The position numbers and the translations under genes are program-made. The notes below the pieces were generated by a model. The model saw only the letters and a program-made list of their open reading frames with translations, was not told the origin of the DNA and ran no database searches. A stretch of 35,988 bases of DNA from Bacteroidales bacterium (GTDB lineage Bacteria > Bacteroidota > Bacteroidia > Bacteroidales > VadinHA17), in NCBI GenBank assembly GCA_016936695.1, contig JAFGXK010000154.1, forward strand, positions 1-35,988, in the 5' to 3' direction. Of this stretch, positions 26,817 through 35,678 are shown piece by piece. Numbering within the stretch: position 1 is the stretch's first letter; every line of letters starts with the position of its first letter.

Positions 26817-28370
26817 ATGAAGAAAATCCACATCTTCCAGACAATCTTAATCATGATGGCAATGATCATTTCCGTCTCATGTAAACCAAAGGAACCAACC
26901 GACCTGGCAAAAGCAAGCATCATTCCCAAACCTGTTACGGTGAGTGCGACAGGTGAAGCTTTTACCCTGAATTCAAAAACCGCAATCTTTGTTGACGCCG
27001 GATCAGATGAACTCACCAGAACCGGCCAATACCTGGCCGACAAACTGAATGCTTCAACCGGTCTTACAATTGTCGTGAATGAAGCCCAGACCGAACCGGG
27101 GAAGGGCAGCATTTTCCTTACTTTATCAGGGGCCGACCAGAGCCTTGGGGAGGAAGGATATCTTCTTACTGTTACAAAGCAGCAGGTGAAGCTGTCAGCT
27201 GCAAATCCGGCCGGACTCTTCATGGGAGTCCAGACCATCAGGCAGATAACGGCCAGGGATTCGGTTTCCGGAAAACCGGGTCCGTTCAGGATTGCGACCG
27301 GAACCATAACCGACCATCCTGATTACTCCTACAGGGGTATGATGCTCGATGTTTCCCGTCATTTTTTCGGTGTGGAGGACGTCAAACAGGTGATCGAATA
27401 CCTGGCTTTCTACAAGATCAATATGTTTCATATGCATCTTTCCGACGACCAGGGCTGGCGTATCGAGATCAAATCGTGGCCCAATCTTACTGCTCATGGC
27501 GGAAGTACCCAGGTGGGCGGAGGCCAGGGCGGTTTCTACACTCAGGAGCAATATTCCGATATAGTTAAATTTGCAGCCGACCGCTATATAACTGTTGTTC
27601 CGGAGATCGATATGCCAGGACACACAAATGCTGCGCTTTCTTCCTATCCCGAACTTAACTGTAACGGAAAGGCTCCGGATCTTTATACCGGAACTGATGT
27701 TGGATTCAGTTCCCTCTGTACCAAAAAGGAGATAACCTATACATTCATTGATGATGTCGTAAGGGAAATTTCAGCATTGACACCCGGTCCGTTCTTTCAT
27801 ATAGGAGGCGATGAGTCACATGCAACAAAGGTGGAGGATTACATTCCTTTCATTAACAGGGTTCAGGATATTGTGGCCAAGTACGGAAAGCGGGTTATAG
27901 GCTGGGACGAGATAGCCCTTTCGACGCTGAAGCCTAATTCAGTTGCACAATGCTGGGCAAGCGAGGAGAATGCAATAAAAGCAATTGCTCAGGGTGCAAA
28001 AATCCTGATGTCTCCGGCTAAAAAAGCATATATCGACATGCAGTATGATAAGTCAACACCTCTGGGCCTTCATTGGGCAGCTTATATTGAGGTCGACGAC
28101 GGCTACAACTGGGATCCGGCAAGCTACATTCCGGGCGTGGGGAAGGAAAATATAATCGGCGTCGAAGCCCCAATGTGGACCGAAACCATTACAAAGCTCG
28201 ATGATATTGAATATATGATGTTCCCGAGGCTACCCGGTATAGCTGAAATAGGATGGACCCCAGTCTCAATGAGAAACTGGGATGAATACAAATTCCGCCT
28301 TGCACAACATGCGAAGTTTTTCGAGGAAATGGATATTAATTATTATAAATCACCCAGGGTACCATGGTAA
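26817..28370 (+). CDS. Beta-N-acetylhexosaminidase, glycoside hydrolase family 20
   Basis: 517-aa ORF with a signal peptide. Motifs are RGMMLDVSRHF, NMFHMHLSDDQGWR and the catalytic pair context FHIGGDE. Confidence 0.9.
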   Translation: MKKIHIFQTILIMMAMIISVSCKPKEPTDLAKASIIPKPVTVSATGEAFTLNSKTAIFVDAGSDELTRTGQYLADKLNASTGLTIVVNEAQTEPGKGSIFLTLSGADQSLGEEGYLLTVTKQQVKLSAANPAGLFMGVQTIRQITARDSVSGKPGPFRIATGTITDHPDYSYRGMMLDVSRHFFGVEDVKQVIEYLAFYKINMFHMHLSDDQGWRIEIKSWPNLTAHGGSTQVGGGQGGFYTQEQYSDIVKFAADRYITVVPEIDMPGHTNAALSSYPELNCNGKAPDLYTGTDVGFSSLCTKKEITYTFIDDVVREISALTPGPFFHIGGDESHATKVEDYIPFINRVQDIVAKYGKRVIGWDEIALSTLKPNSVAQCWASEENAIKAIAQGAKILMSPAKKAYIDMQYDKSTPLGLHWAAYIEVDDGYNWDPASYIPGVGKENIIGVEAPMWTETITKLDDIEYMMFPRLPGIAEIGWTPVSMRNWDEYKFRLAQHAKFFEEMDINYYKSPRVPW

Positions 28371-29305
28371 GAACCAAAATGAACTCCAGAAAATGCGTGA
28401 CAATAATCCTGGCCGGACTACTGACCATTAATCTCCTTGCGCAGCCGAAGGTCCTGAAACTCTGGCCCGACGGAATTCCCGGATCTAAAAATGATCCGGC
28501 CTATGTAGAAAACATAGTTACCACCGACGGCAGGGTTACACGTGCCACCAATGTGGTCACTCCCGATCTTACTATTTTTCTCCCTGATCCTGCCAAAGCC
28601 AACGGTGCTGCTGTTTTGATATGTCCCGGAGGCGGATACGGAACCCTTGCCTTTGATCACGAGGGTAACGCGATTGCAAAGTGGCTTAATGAGAACGGGA
28701 TAGCCGGGATCATTCTTAAATACAGGCTCCCGTCCGACAGGATCATGACCGATAAAACTATTGGTCCCATTCAGGATGCGCAGGAAGCCATGAGAGTTAT
28801 TCGCAGGAACGCTGCGGAATGGAAGATCGATCCTGAAAAAGTCGGCGTGATCGGATTCTCGGCCGGAGGACATCTTGCATCCACAATCTCGACTCACTAT
28901 GCCGACAAAGTGTACGATGTGAAAGACAATGTGAGCGCCAGGCCTGATTTCTCACTGCTGATCTACCCTGTTATTACAATGGATACCACTTTTACCCACA
29001 GGGGAACAAGGAACAACCTGATCGGCCTGGATCCGACTGAAAAGAATGTGTTCCGTTTTTCAAATGAGAAGCAGATAACCGCAGACACACCTCCTGCATT
29101 CCTTGTCCACTCCTCTGACGATAACGCTGTTCCGGTTAAAAACAGCATTAATTACTACATGGGTTTGCAGAAGAACAAAATTCCAACGGAGCTCCACATA
29201 TTTCAGAAAGGCGGACACGGATATGGACTTTCTCCCAACGGAGGTACACAATCCTCATGGCCGGATCTGTGTATCAGGTGGCTTAAGGCTATGGGGCTTA
29301 TATAG
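28364..29305 (+). CDS. Alpha/beta-hydrolase fold esterase (secreted)
   Basis: 313-aa ORF with a signal peptide, the oxyanion-region CPGGGY, the nucleophile elbow GFSAGGH, and acid/His contexts HSSDDNAV and GGHGYG. It overlaps the GH20 gene by 7 bp. Confidence 0.8.
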   Translation: MVRTKMNSRKCVTIILAGLLTINLLAQPKVLKLWPDGIPGSKNDPAYVENIVTTDGRVTRATNVVTPDLTIFLPDPAKANGAAVLICPGGGYGTLAFDHEGNAIAKWLNENGIAGIILKYRLPSDRIMTDKTIGPIQDAQEAMRVIRRNAAEWKIDPEKVGVIGFSAGGHLASTISTHYADKVYDVKDNVSARPDFSLLIYPVITMDTTFTHRGTRNNLIGLDPTEKNVFRFSNEKQITADTPPAFLVHSSDDNAVPVKNSINYYMGLQKNKIPTELHIFQKGGHGYGLSPNGGTQSSWPDLCIRWLKAMGLI

Positions 29306-29328
29306 TTAGTTATTAAATATCCAAGGTT

Positions 29329-32211
29329 ATGTTCCGGATTATTTTCCCCCTGGTTGCAGGGATGTCACTTATTTTAGCGTCATGCAAGGATAAATTTTCA
29401 GAACCTGCAAGGGAGACAATTTTCCTGGACGGAACATGGCGGTTTGCCATGGATACGTCAGGAACAGGTATTGACAATCAATGGTTTGCTTCGAAACTGG
29501 AGGATTCCGTAACCCTGCCGGGCACAATGGATGAGAACAGGAAGGGTATAGTCAACCAGGATACCGGAGAAACGATGAGGCTCTCCCGTGAATTCATGTA
29601 TTCGGGGATGGCATGGTATCAGAAAGATATCGAGATTCCTGAAAAATGGAATGGTCTTAACATCAGGCTGATCATGGAGCGGACAAAACCAACCAGTGTG
29701 TGGGTCGATTCTGCTCCTGCCGGAGAAAACAGCGATATTCTAACACAGCAGGTTTATGATTTATCAGATCTGCTGACACCCGGCTTACATACAATCACAA
29801 TTCTCGTGAACAATGGGAGAGGATCGGTTCCGGGGGGAATCACCGGTTCACATGCCTGGACGGAGCATACACAGACAAACTGGAACGGGATCATCGGAAG
29901 ATTCTGTCTTGAAGCAAGTAACAAGTCGTACATCACAGAACTTAAGACCTTTCCAGACCCTGAAGCAAAAAAAGTTCTTACCAGGCTTATTGTTTTCAGC
30001 GCTTCAGAAGCCGAAGAAACAGCATCTGTTGTAATGAAGGCCGCTTCGTGGAATACGGAACGGCCGGTCCGTGCAAAAAAGAAATCCTTCACCGTTACTC
30101 TTAAACCCGGTGAAAATGAAATTGAGCTCAGCTACAACCTGGGAGACGAAATTCAACTATGGAGTGAGTTTGAGCCGGCTTTGTATAAGCTTGAAGTGGT
30201 TCTGAAAGGAGACCGGACCCTCGATGCCGTTACAACGGATTTCGGGATGCGCCGATTTTCAACCAGCGGGACTCAGTTTACAATAAACGGTTTAAAGACT
30301 TTTCTAAGGGGCAAACACGATGCATGCGTATTCCCGCTGACAGGCCATCCGCCGATGGATGTCGAAAGCTGGAGGGATGTCTTCAGAACAGCTAAATCGT
30401 ACAACATTAATTTCTACAGGTTCCATTCATGGACTCCTCCGGAAGCAGCTTTCCTGGCCGCTGATATCGAAGGCATCTATATGCAGCCCGAGCTGTCTTT
30501 CTGGGGCAGCTTCAGCCGGGACAGAAACACAGATCTGAATGACTATCTCCTGAAACAGGGAGAAAAAATTCTTGAAACATACGGCAATCATGCCTCTTTC
30601 GTGATGTTTGCCCTTGGAAATGAACTTTCGGGCGACCAGACCGTCATGAATGATTTTCTTAATCACTTCAGGTCTCTCGACAACCGTCCTCTTATGTCTT
30701 ATGGAACAAATAATTACCTTGGCTACAGAGGTCAGGTTCAGGGTGAGGATTTTTTCGCGGGTTGCAGGGTAGGCCCGGATACTGACGATTCATACAAGAC
30801 ACACATACGTGCTTCATTTTCATTCGCCGATGCCTTTGACGGAGGTTATATAAATGGCAGATACCCTTCAACGAATCTCGATTATTCAGGTGCAATTGCC
30901 AATTGCACGGTACCGGCCCTTGGCACTGAGGTTGGTCAGTATCAGATCTATCCCGATTACAACGAGATAAAAAAATACACCGGAGTACTTAAGCCCTGGA
31001 ATCTCGAAATCTTCAGGAAGCGTCTGGAGGAAAATAATCTCAGCGGCCAGGCACATGATTTCTTCAGGGCCTCTGGTGCATCAAGCGTAATCTGCTACAG
31101 GGCCGATATTGAAATGGCAATGAGAACACCCGGCTTTGGAGGATTTCATCTTCTTGACCTACAGGATTTTCCTGGTCAGGGAACAGCGCTCATCGGGATC
31201 CTCGATGCCTTTATGGACAGCAAAGGGTTAATCACTCCGGAAGAATTCAGCCAAAGCTGCAACAAGGTTGTTCCCCTGCTTATTGTTGAAAAATTCTGCT
31301 GGACCAGCAATGAAACACTGACGGCAGATATCAAGGTTGCGAATTATTCAAGATGGAATCTTCTGGATCAGGAAGTGCTGTGGGATATAAAAAATTCAGC
31401 CGGAGAAAAAATTGCTGAAGGCAGTAAGACGATGGAAATCGCACAGGGTGGTTTATCTGAACTTATTTCGGTCAGTGCCGGTCTGGCAGGTATCACAAAA
31501 GCTGAGAAAGTAACCTTATCAATAAATCTCAGCGGTACTCCGTACAAAAACTCCTATTCGCTTTGGATTTATCCTGCTGATGCCGATACTCAGATTCCTT
31601 CGGATATAATTATTGCTGAAAAGCTTGACGCAAAATTACTTCAGGATTTATCGTCGGGAGCAAAAGTGTTGTTTTTCCCTGACCACAAAGCCTTCATGGA
31701 GCAATCGGTGGGAGGGCTGTACATTCCAGACTACTGGAATTACAGGATGTTCAAATCCATTTCTGAAAACAACCTTAAGCCGGTCTCTCCAGGAACGATG
31801 TCGATCCTTACAGATCCCGATCTGCCCTTGTTCAGTGATTTTCCAACCGAATTCCATACAAACTGGCAATGGTGGCCGATTGTAAAAAACAGCAGGCCGT
31901 TTATTCTTGATAATGCGCCGAAGGATTATAAGCCCCTCGTGCAGGTTGTAGATAATTTTGAAAGAAACCATAAGCTCGGTCTTATCTTTGAATTTGCTGT
32001 CGGGAAGGGGAAGTTGCTTGTTTGCATGTCGGATCTGCGATCGGTTCAGGATAAGCCTGAAGCTCGTCAGCTTTACAGCAGCATCCTGAAATATATGTCA
32101 TCAGGCAATTTCAACCCGTCACAAAATCTCAGTGCCGAAGAACTCAAAACACTGTTCAGTTCAACGGTTCAATCAAGGAAGATTACGGGTGTCGGGAACA
32201 TTTCATATTGA
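29329..32211 (+). CDS. Large glycoside hydrolase, GH2-like (N-terminal sugar-binding jelly roll plus TIM barrel)
   Basis: 960-aa ORF with a lipoprotein-like signal (LILASC). The N-terminus is GH2-like (DGTWRF..., MAWYQKDIEIPEKWNG...IRLIMERT...VWVDS). There is an acid/base-like ALGNE motif and a later GTEVGQY. The family assignment is not certain. Confidence 0.7.
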   Translation: MFRIIFPLVAGMSLILASCKDKFSEPARETIFLDGTWRFAMDTSGTGIDNQWFASKLEDSVTLPGTMDENRKGIVNQDTGETMRLSREFMYSGMAWYQKDIEIPEKWNGLNIRLIMERTKPTSVWVDSAPAGENSDILTQQVYDLSDLLTPGLHTITILVNNGRGSVPGGITGSHAWTEHTQTNWNGIIGRFCLEASNKSYITELKTFPDPEAKKVLTRLIVFSASEAEETASVVMKAASWNTERPVRAKKKSFTVTLKPGENEIELSYNLGDEIQLWSEFEPALYKLEVVLKGDRTLDAVTTDFGMRRFSTSGTQFTINGLKTFLRGKHDACVFPLTGHPPMDVESWRDVFRTAKSYNINFYRFHSWTPPEAAFLAADIEGIYMQPELSFWGSFSRDRNTDLNDYLLKQGEKILETYGNHASFVMFALGNELSGDQTVMNDFLNHFRSLDNRPLMSYGTNNYLGYRGQVQGEDFFAGCRVGPDTDDSYKTHIRASFSFADAFDGGYINGRYPSTNLDYSGAIANCTVPALGTEVGQYQIYPDYNEIKKYTGVLKPWNLEIFRKRLEENNLSGQAHDFFRASGASSVICYRADIEMAMRTPGFGGFHLLDLQDFPGQGTALIGILDAFMDSKGLITPEEFSQSCNKVVPLLIVEKFCWTSNETLTADIKVANYSRWNLLDQEVLWDIKNSAGEKIAEGSKTMEIAQGGLSELISVSAGLAGITKAEKVTLSINLSGTPYKNSYSLWIYPADADTQIPSDIIIAEKLDAKLLQDLSSGAKVLFFPDHKAFMEQSVGGLYIPDYWNYRMFKSISENNLKPVSPGTMSILTDPDLPLFSDFPTEFHTNWQWWPIVKNSRPFILDNAPKDYKPLVQVVDNFERNHKLGLIFEFAVGKGKLLVCMSDLRSVQDKPEARQLYSSILKYMSSGNFNPSQNLSAEELKTLFSSTVQSRKITGVGNISY

Positions 32212-32300
32212 TCAGTTGCTAACTGGAAACACTGCCATAGGAAGGATTTGTGGCTGTGCTAGTTTTCTGCCGTACCAAAAATGTAGATTAATTTTCCAGA

Positions 32301-32495
32301 CACCTGGGGTGTCAGCTTCCAGTAGCCCGGGTCTCACCCCGGGAAAAGGTCACCATACACAATGGGCAACCCTGGAAGGGTTGACTTCCAACTTTTTAAT
32401 GAAGCCTGAAGGCCACCCCTCCGGGGTCGGAATGGTATTATTGCCCCTACCCCGGGCGAAACCGGGGCTACTGGAAGGCCAGCCCTCAAGGCTGG
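32301..32495. repeat. GC-rich multi-hairpin element closed by an 11-bp long-range helix (32316-32326 with 32467-32477)
   Basis: The helix pairs cttccagtagc (32316-32326) with gctactggaag (32467-32477). Mirrored local hairpins lie at 32326-32343 (cccggg-tctcac-cccggg) and 32450-32467 (ccccgg-gcgaaa-ccgggg). Inner hairpins lie at 32367-32383 and 32415-32427, and a trailing hairpin at 32479-32495. Confidence 0.6.
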
Positions 32496-32610
32496 AGAAC
32501 CCAATTTCAAACAAGAAAAATCCAATAAAAACAAGATATTTGTTAATTATCTTCTTCAATCTATAGAAACCGATCAAAACAGGAAATGACCAAATGTGCC
32601 ATATTTGCAA

Positions 32611-32618
32611 TATCTTTG
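32611..32618 (+). promoter_or_regulatory. Bacteroidota-type -7 promoter box TATCTTTG upstream of the CNNM/hemolysin-family gene
   Basis: Exact TAnnTTTG match 46 nt upstream of the ATG at 32664. Confidence 0.35.
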
Positions 32619-32663
32619 CATCATTAATTGAATACAGCCTTAAGCAGGCTGCCAAATGTTGTT

Positions 32664-33950
32664 ATGGAATTATTGATTATTTCACTTCTTATTCTTCTCA
32701 ACGGAGTATTTTCGTTGTCGGAGATCGCAATCATTTCAAGCAGCAAATCGAGGCTTGAACAGATGAAAAGCGAAGGCAGGAAAGGTGCGTCGACCGCCTT
32801 GAAACTTCTTGGGAATTCGGAAAATTTTCTGTCTTCCATCCAGGTGGGGATTACATTGATCGGGATTGTAACCGGTGTGTACGGAGGAGTAAACATTGCC
32901 GATGATATCGCCCCTTTTTTCCGGAAGTTTGAAATCACCTATAATTCTGCTCAGGAGATCTCACTTGTGCTTACCGTTATCGTAATAACTTATTTTTCGA
33001 TAGTGATAGGTGAGCTGGTTCCCAAAACAATCGCCCTTAGCAATCCCGAAAAGATAGCCTCAAGGGTTGCCCCTTTCGTAAATTTTTTCAGCATACTCTT
33101 TTTTCCGGTAGTCAGGTTCCTTTCATATTCCACTACATTGATAAACAGGTTGCTTGGAATCCGGAAGCATCCCAGGCACCTGACCGAAAAGGAGATCAGA
33201 CAAATACTGAAAAGTGCCTCGATCGATGGTGTTATAGGAAAAGGCCAGGATATGATCCATCAGAGAGTTTTCTACTTTTCAGACAAGAATGCCAAGCACC
33301 TGATGACTCACAGGATGGATATTGAGTGGATAGATCTCAATCTGCCCTCAGAAACCCTGAAGAACGCCATACTGAATTCCAGGCACAGCAGACTGGTCTG
33401 CTGCCGTGAAAACCTCGACAATTTTCAGGGTATCCTTTATGTGAAAGACTATCTTGCAGCCCGCACTCCTGAAAATGAACCAGTGCTACAGAAGCTGATG
33501 GTTCAGCCTCCGTTTGTCCCGGAGAGCGCCGAGGCCCTGAAAGTGCTCGACAGGTTCAAAAATGACAAAATAGACTGTTGCGTCGTGGTTAATGAATACG
33601 GGACTCTCGAAGGCATCATTACCCTTCATGATATCCTTGAAAACCTGATAGGAGAGATCCCTGACGATTATGAGCAGCAAGAACCGGATATATTTGTCCG
33701 CGACGACAAATCATTTCTGATCAGCGGAGATGCTCCTGTTGAGATACTCGACGGAGTGTTTGAAAACTACATAACCGACCTTGAGAATGTGGAATACGCC
33801 ACTGTAGCCGGATTTGTGCTTGATCATATCGACAAGGTTCCGCAGGTGGGTGACAAATTTACATTCAAAAAATACGTTATCGAAATCATCGATATCGACG
33901 GAAACAGGATAGACAAGATTCTTGTAAGGGAAGAGAAGGAATTAACCTGA
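32664..33950 (+). CDS. Hemolysin-family / CNNM-type membrane protein (DUF21, CBS pair and CorC_HlyC domains)
   Basis: The N-terminus is MELLIISLLILLNGVFSLSEIAI (DUF21). A CBS-pair region and the C-terminal VAGFVLDHIDKVPQVGDKFTF...IEIIDIDGNRIDKILV (CorC_HlyC) follow. I prefer the ATG at 32664 over the TTG at 32628. Confidence 0.88.
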   Translation: MELLIISLLILLNGVFSLSEIAIISSSKSRLEQMKSEGRKGASTALKLLGNSENFLSSIQVGITLIGIVTGVYGGVNIADDIAPFFRKFEITYNSAQEISLVLTVIVITYFSIVIGELVPKTIALSNPEKIASRVAPFVNFFSILFFPVVRFLSYSTTLINRLLGIRKHPRHLTEKEIRQILKSASIDGVIGKGQDMIHQRVFYFSDKNAKHLMTHRMDIEWIDLNLPSETLKNAILNSRHSRLVCCRENLDNFQGILYVKDYLAARTPENEPVLQKLMVQPPFVPESAEALKVLDRFKNDKIDCCVVVNEYGTLEGIITLHDILENLIGEIPDDYEQQEPDIFVRDDKSFLISGDAPVEILDGVFENYITDLENVEYATVAGFVLDHIDKVPQVGDKFTFKKYVIEIIDIDGNRIDKILVREEKELT

Positions 33951-33959
33951 CGGGAACGC

Positions 33960-35678
33960 TTATTCCTTATATGTTTCCAGCTCCGGATACTGGGAAGAAG
34001 GTTTGGATATCCTTGTATTTTCAAAAGTGAGATTCTGCAGCTTCGGGCTCCATGTTTTCCTGACCATGTTCCATACATCCCTGTCGTTGTATAGTGAAAA
34101 AGAATTTTTCACACTCATCTTTCCGTTGACCTCCGACCATTCGTAGTTATCTCCGTAACGAATGCCCGTCCCGTTGTAAAGAAACAGGCACTTGTCGGCC
34201 GTGACTGTATGATTCTGAGAGCTGAATCCAAGCTCCAGTCCCTGACCACAATTGATGAACATACAGTCGGTGAAGATGTGTTCCTTTTCTACGGTACCTG
34301 CGCTGGAGAGTGCGGCTCCTTCATGAAAACAGGCTTCAAACCTGCAGTTGGTGACAGTGATCGTGCCTCCTTCCTCCATGCCGGAATCGAGCCCGTCATC
34401 CTTCGCGAACATGAAGAGGGTGTTCTCTATTACCGCATCTGTCGCATTCAGATAAAGAGCATCGTTGTCTTCGTCGGCGTACACATATTTATCGTCGGGG
34501 AAATCGGTGAATACCGAATTGCTCAGATAAAGCTGTGAATTGTTGATCTGGCCTCCTGTCTGGACTCTTTGTACAAGGATGTTATCAAGCAGCAGTGTTG
34601 AATTCTGAGGATAGAAGACCTGTCCCACATGATCGGTGATGAAGCACTGGTACAGATCAAGGGTGCTGTTTTCGGTGTAGAAAAGCGCCTGCCGGCCTGA
34701 ATGGCCCCAGTTGTAACCTTCGGAATCGTGGAATCCGCTGCGGGAAAATATCGTGTATTCGGCCCTGATTGTACCTTCAGAGCTCCGGGATATAAAACCT
34801 CCCCAGTAACTTTCCTTGCTGTCCGATGTCAGGTAAACCGGATTATCCGGAGTACCTGCAAAAATAACAGGCCCGTCCACATTGATATCGATGCCTTCAC
34901 CGATAATGATCAGAACGCCTTCATGAACAACCAGCGAACCGCCTCCGGCTATTTCAAGATTACCTGTAACCCTTACGACGCTGTTGGCCGGTATCTCAAC
35001 CGGTGAATCAATTATTCCGGTCAGTTCGATTGAGGTTCCTGCAGCTTCTGACAAAGTAACTGTCAAAGTCCTGCCCCCGATCCTGAAATCAACATTCCCG
35101 TCGATTGATGATGAAGCCACGTAAACAGAGCCGGTACCCATCTTTATGTTGAAATCATCCCCGGTTTCGAGGCATTTCCCCTCGCACCAGATCTCCCTGA
35201 GAGCTCCCGATTCCCTGATGAAAAAGATAAAGGGCAGCCCAATATCGCCGGAGAAGTGCCGGGGATAAAATACCTCGATGTTCTCCGTGCCTATCAGAAC
35301 CGGCACAAAAGGCGCAGGTATCCATTCCCTGATACCCCATTCGGAGTTCTCCCTTTCAGGGGTCTTAGTCGTGAAAAGAAATGTATCTGCAGGTTTCTGG
35401 CGATCGGTGTAAATCACGACAATTTCATAAAAACCTGTCTCTTTGAACTCTACGAAGCATCCTGTGGCTAGATTTATTTCCTTGCCGTTAAGGAAAACCC
35501 TCGAGACTAAATTACTGTCGTTCACAATGGCGAACGGCAGGTAGTAATCGTGTTTTGTCTCAAGATCCTTAAGGCTTATGCATCCGTCGGGAAGTTCTGC
35601 CGGAGGATCATCCTTTTCGGAACATCCGGCAAGCAGGAAGAGTGGCAGAAGCAATATGATCAGAAATTCCGCTTTCAT
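33960..35678 (-). CDS. Lipoprotein with a right-handed parallel beta-helix-like C-terminal region; function unknown
   Basis: 572-aa ORF with the lipobox LLAGCS. The C-terminal half has repeated beta-helix-type turns (VTNCRFEACFHEGAAL, FTDCMFINCGQGLELG, ADKCLFLYNGTGIRYG, VKNSFSLYNDRDV). Confidence 0.6.
   Translation of the reverse strand: MKAEFLIILLLPLFLLAGCSEKDDPPAELPDGCISLKDLETKHDYYLPFAIVNDSNLVSRVFLNGKEINLATGCFVEFKETGFYEIVVIYTDRQKPADTFLFTTKTPERENSEWGIREWIPAPFVPVLIGTENIEVFYPRHFSGDIGLPFIFFIRESGALREIWCEGKCLETGDDFNIKMGTGSVYVASSSIDGNVDFRIGGRTLTVTLSEAAGTSIELTGIIDSPVEIPANSVVRVTGNLEIAGGGSLVVHEGVLIIIGEGIDINVDGPVIFAGTPDNPVYLTSDSKESYWGGFISRSSEGTIRAEYTIFSRSGFHDSEGYNWGHSGRQALFYTENSTLDLYQCFITDHVGQVFYPQNSTLLLDNILVQRVQTGGQINNSQLYLSNSVFTDFPDDKYVYADEDNDALYLNATDAVIENTLFMFAKDDGLDSGMEEGGTITVTNCRFEACFHEGAALSSAGTVEKEHIFTDCMFINCGQGLELGFSSQNHTVTADKCLFLYNGTGIRYGDNYEWSEVNGKMSVKNSFSLYNDRDVWNMVRKTWSPKLQNLTFENTRISKPSSQYPELETYKE

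Noticed and set aside
26472-26831. 119-aa minus-strand ORF antisense to the YciI-like gene
   Set aside because: The + strand ORF has a clear YciI-family sequence pattern and sits behind a TAnnTTTG box in the same direction as the downstream cluster. The antisense ORF has no recognisable features.
32132-32655. ORFs of 144 aa (+) and 101 aa (-) downstream of the GH2 gene
   Set aside because: Both are translated through the GC-rich palindromic element. They overlap each other on opposite strands and have PG/EG-rich low-complexity sequences. They are typical repeat-derived pseudo-ORFs.
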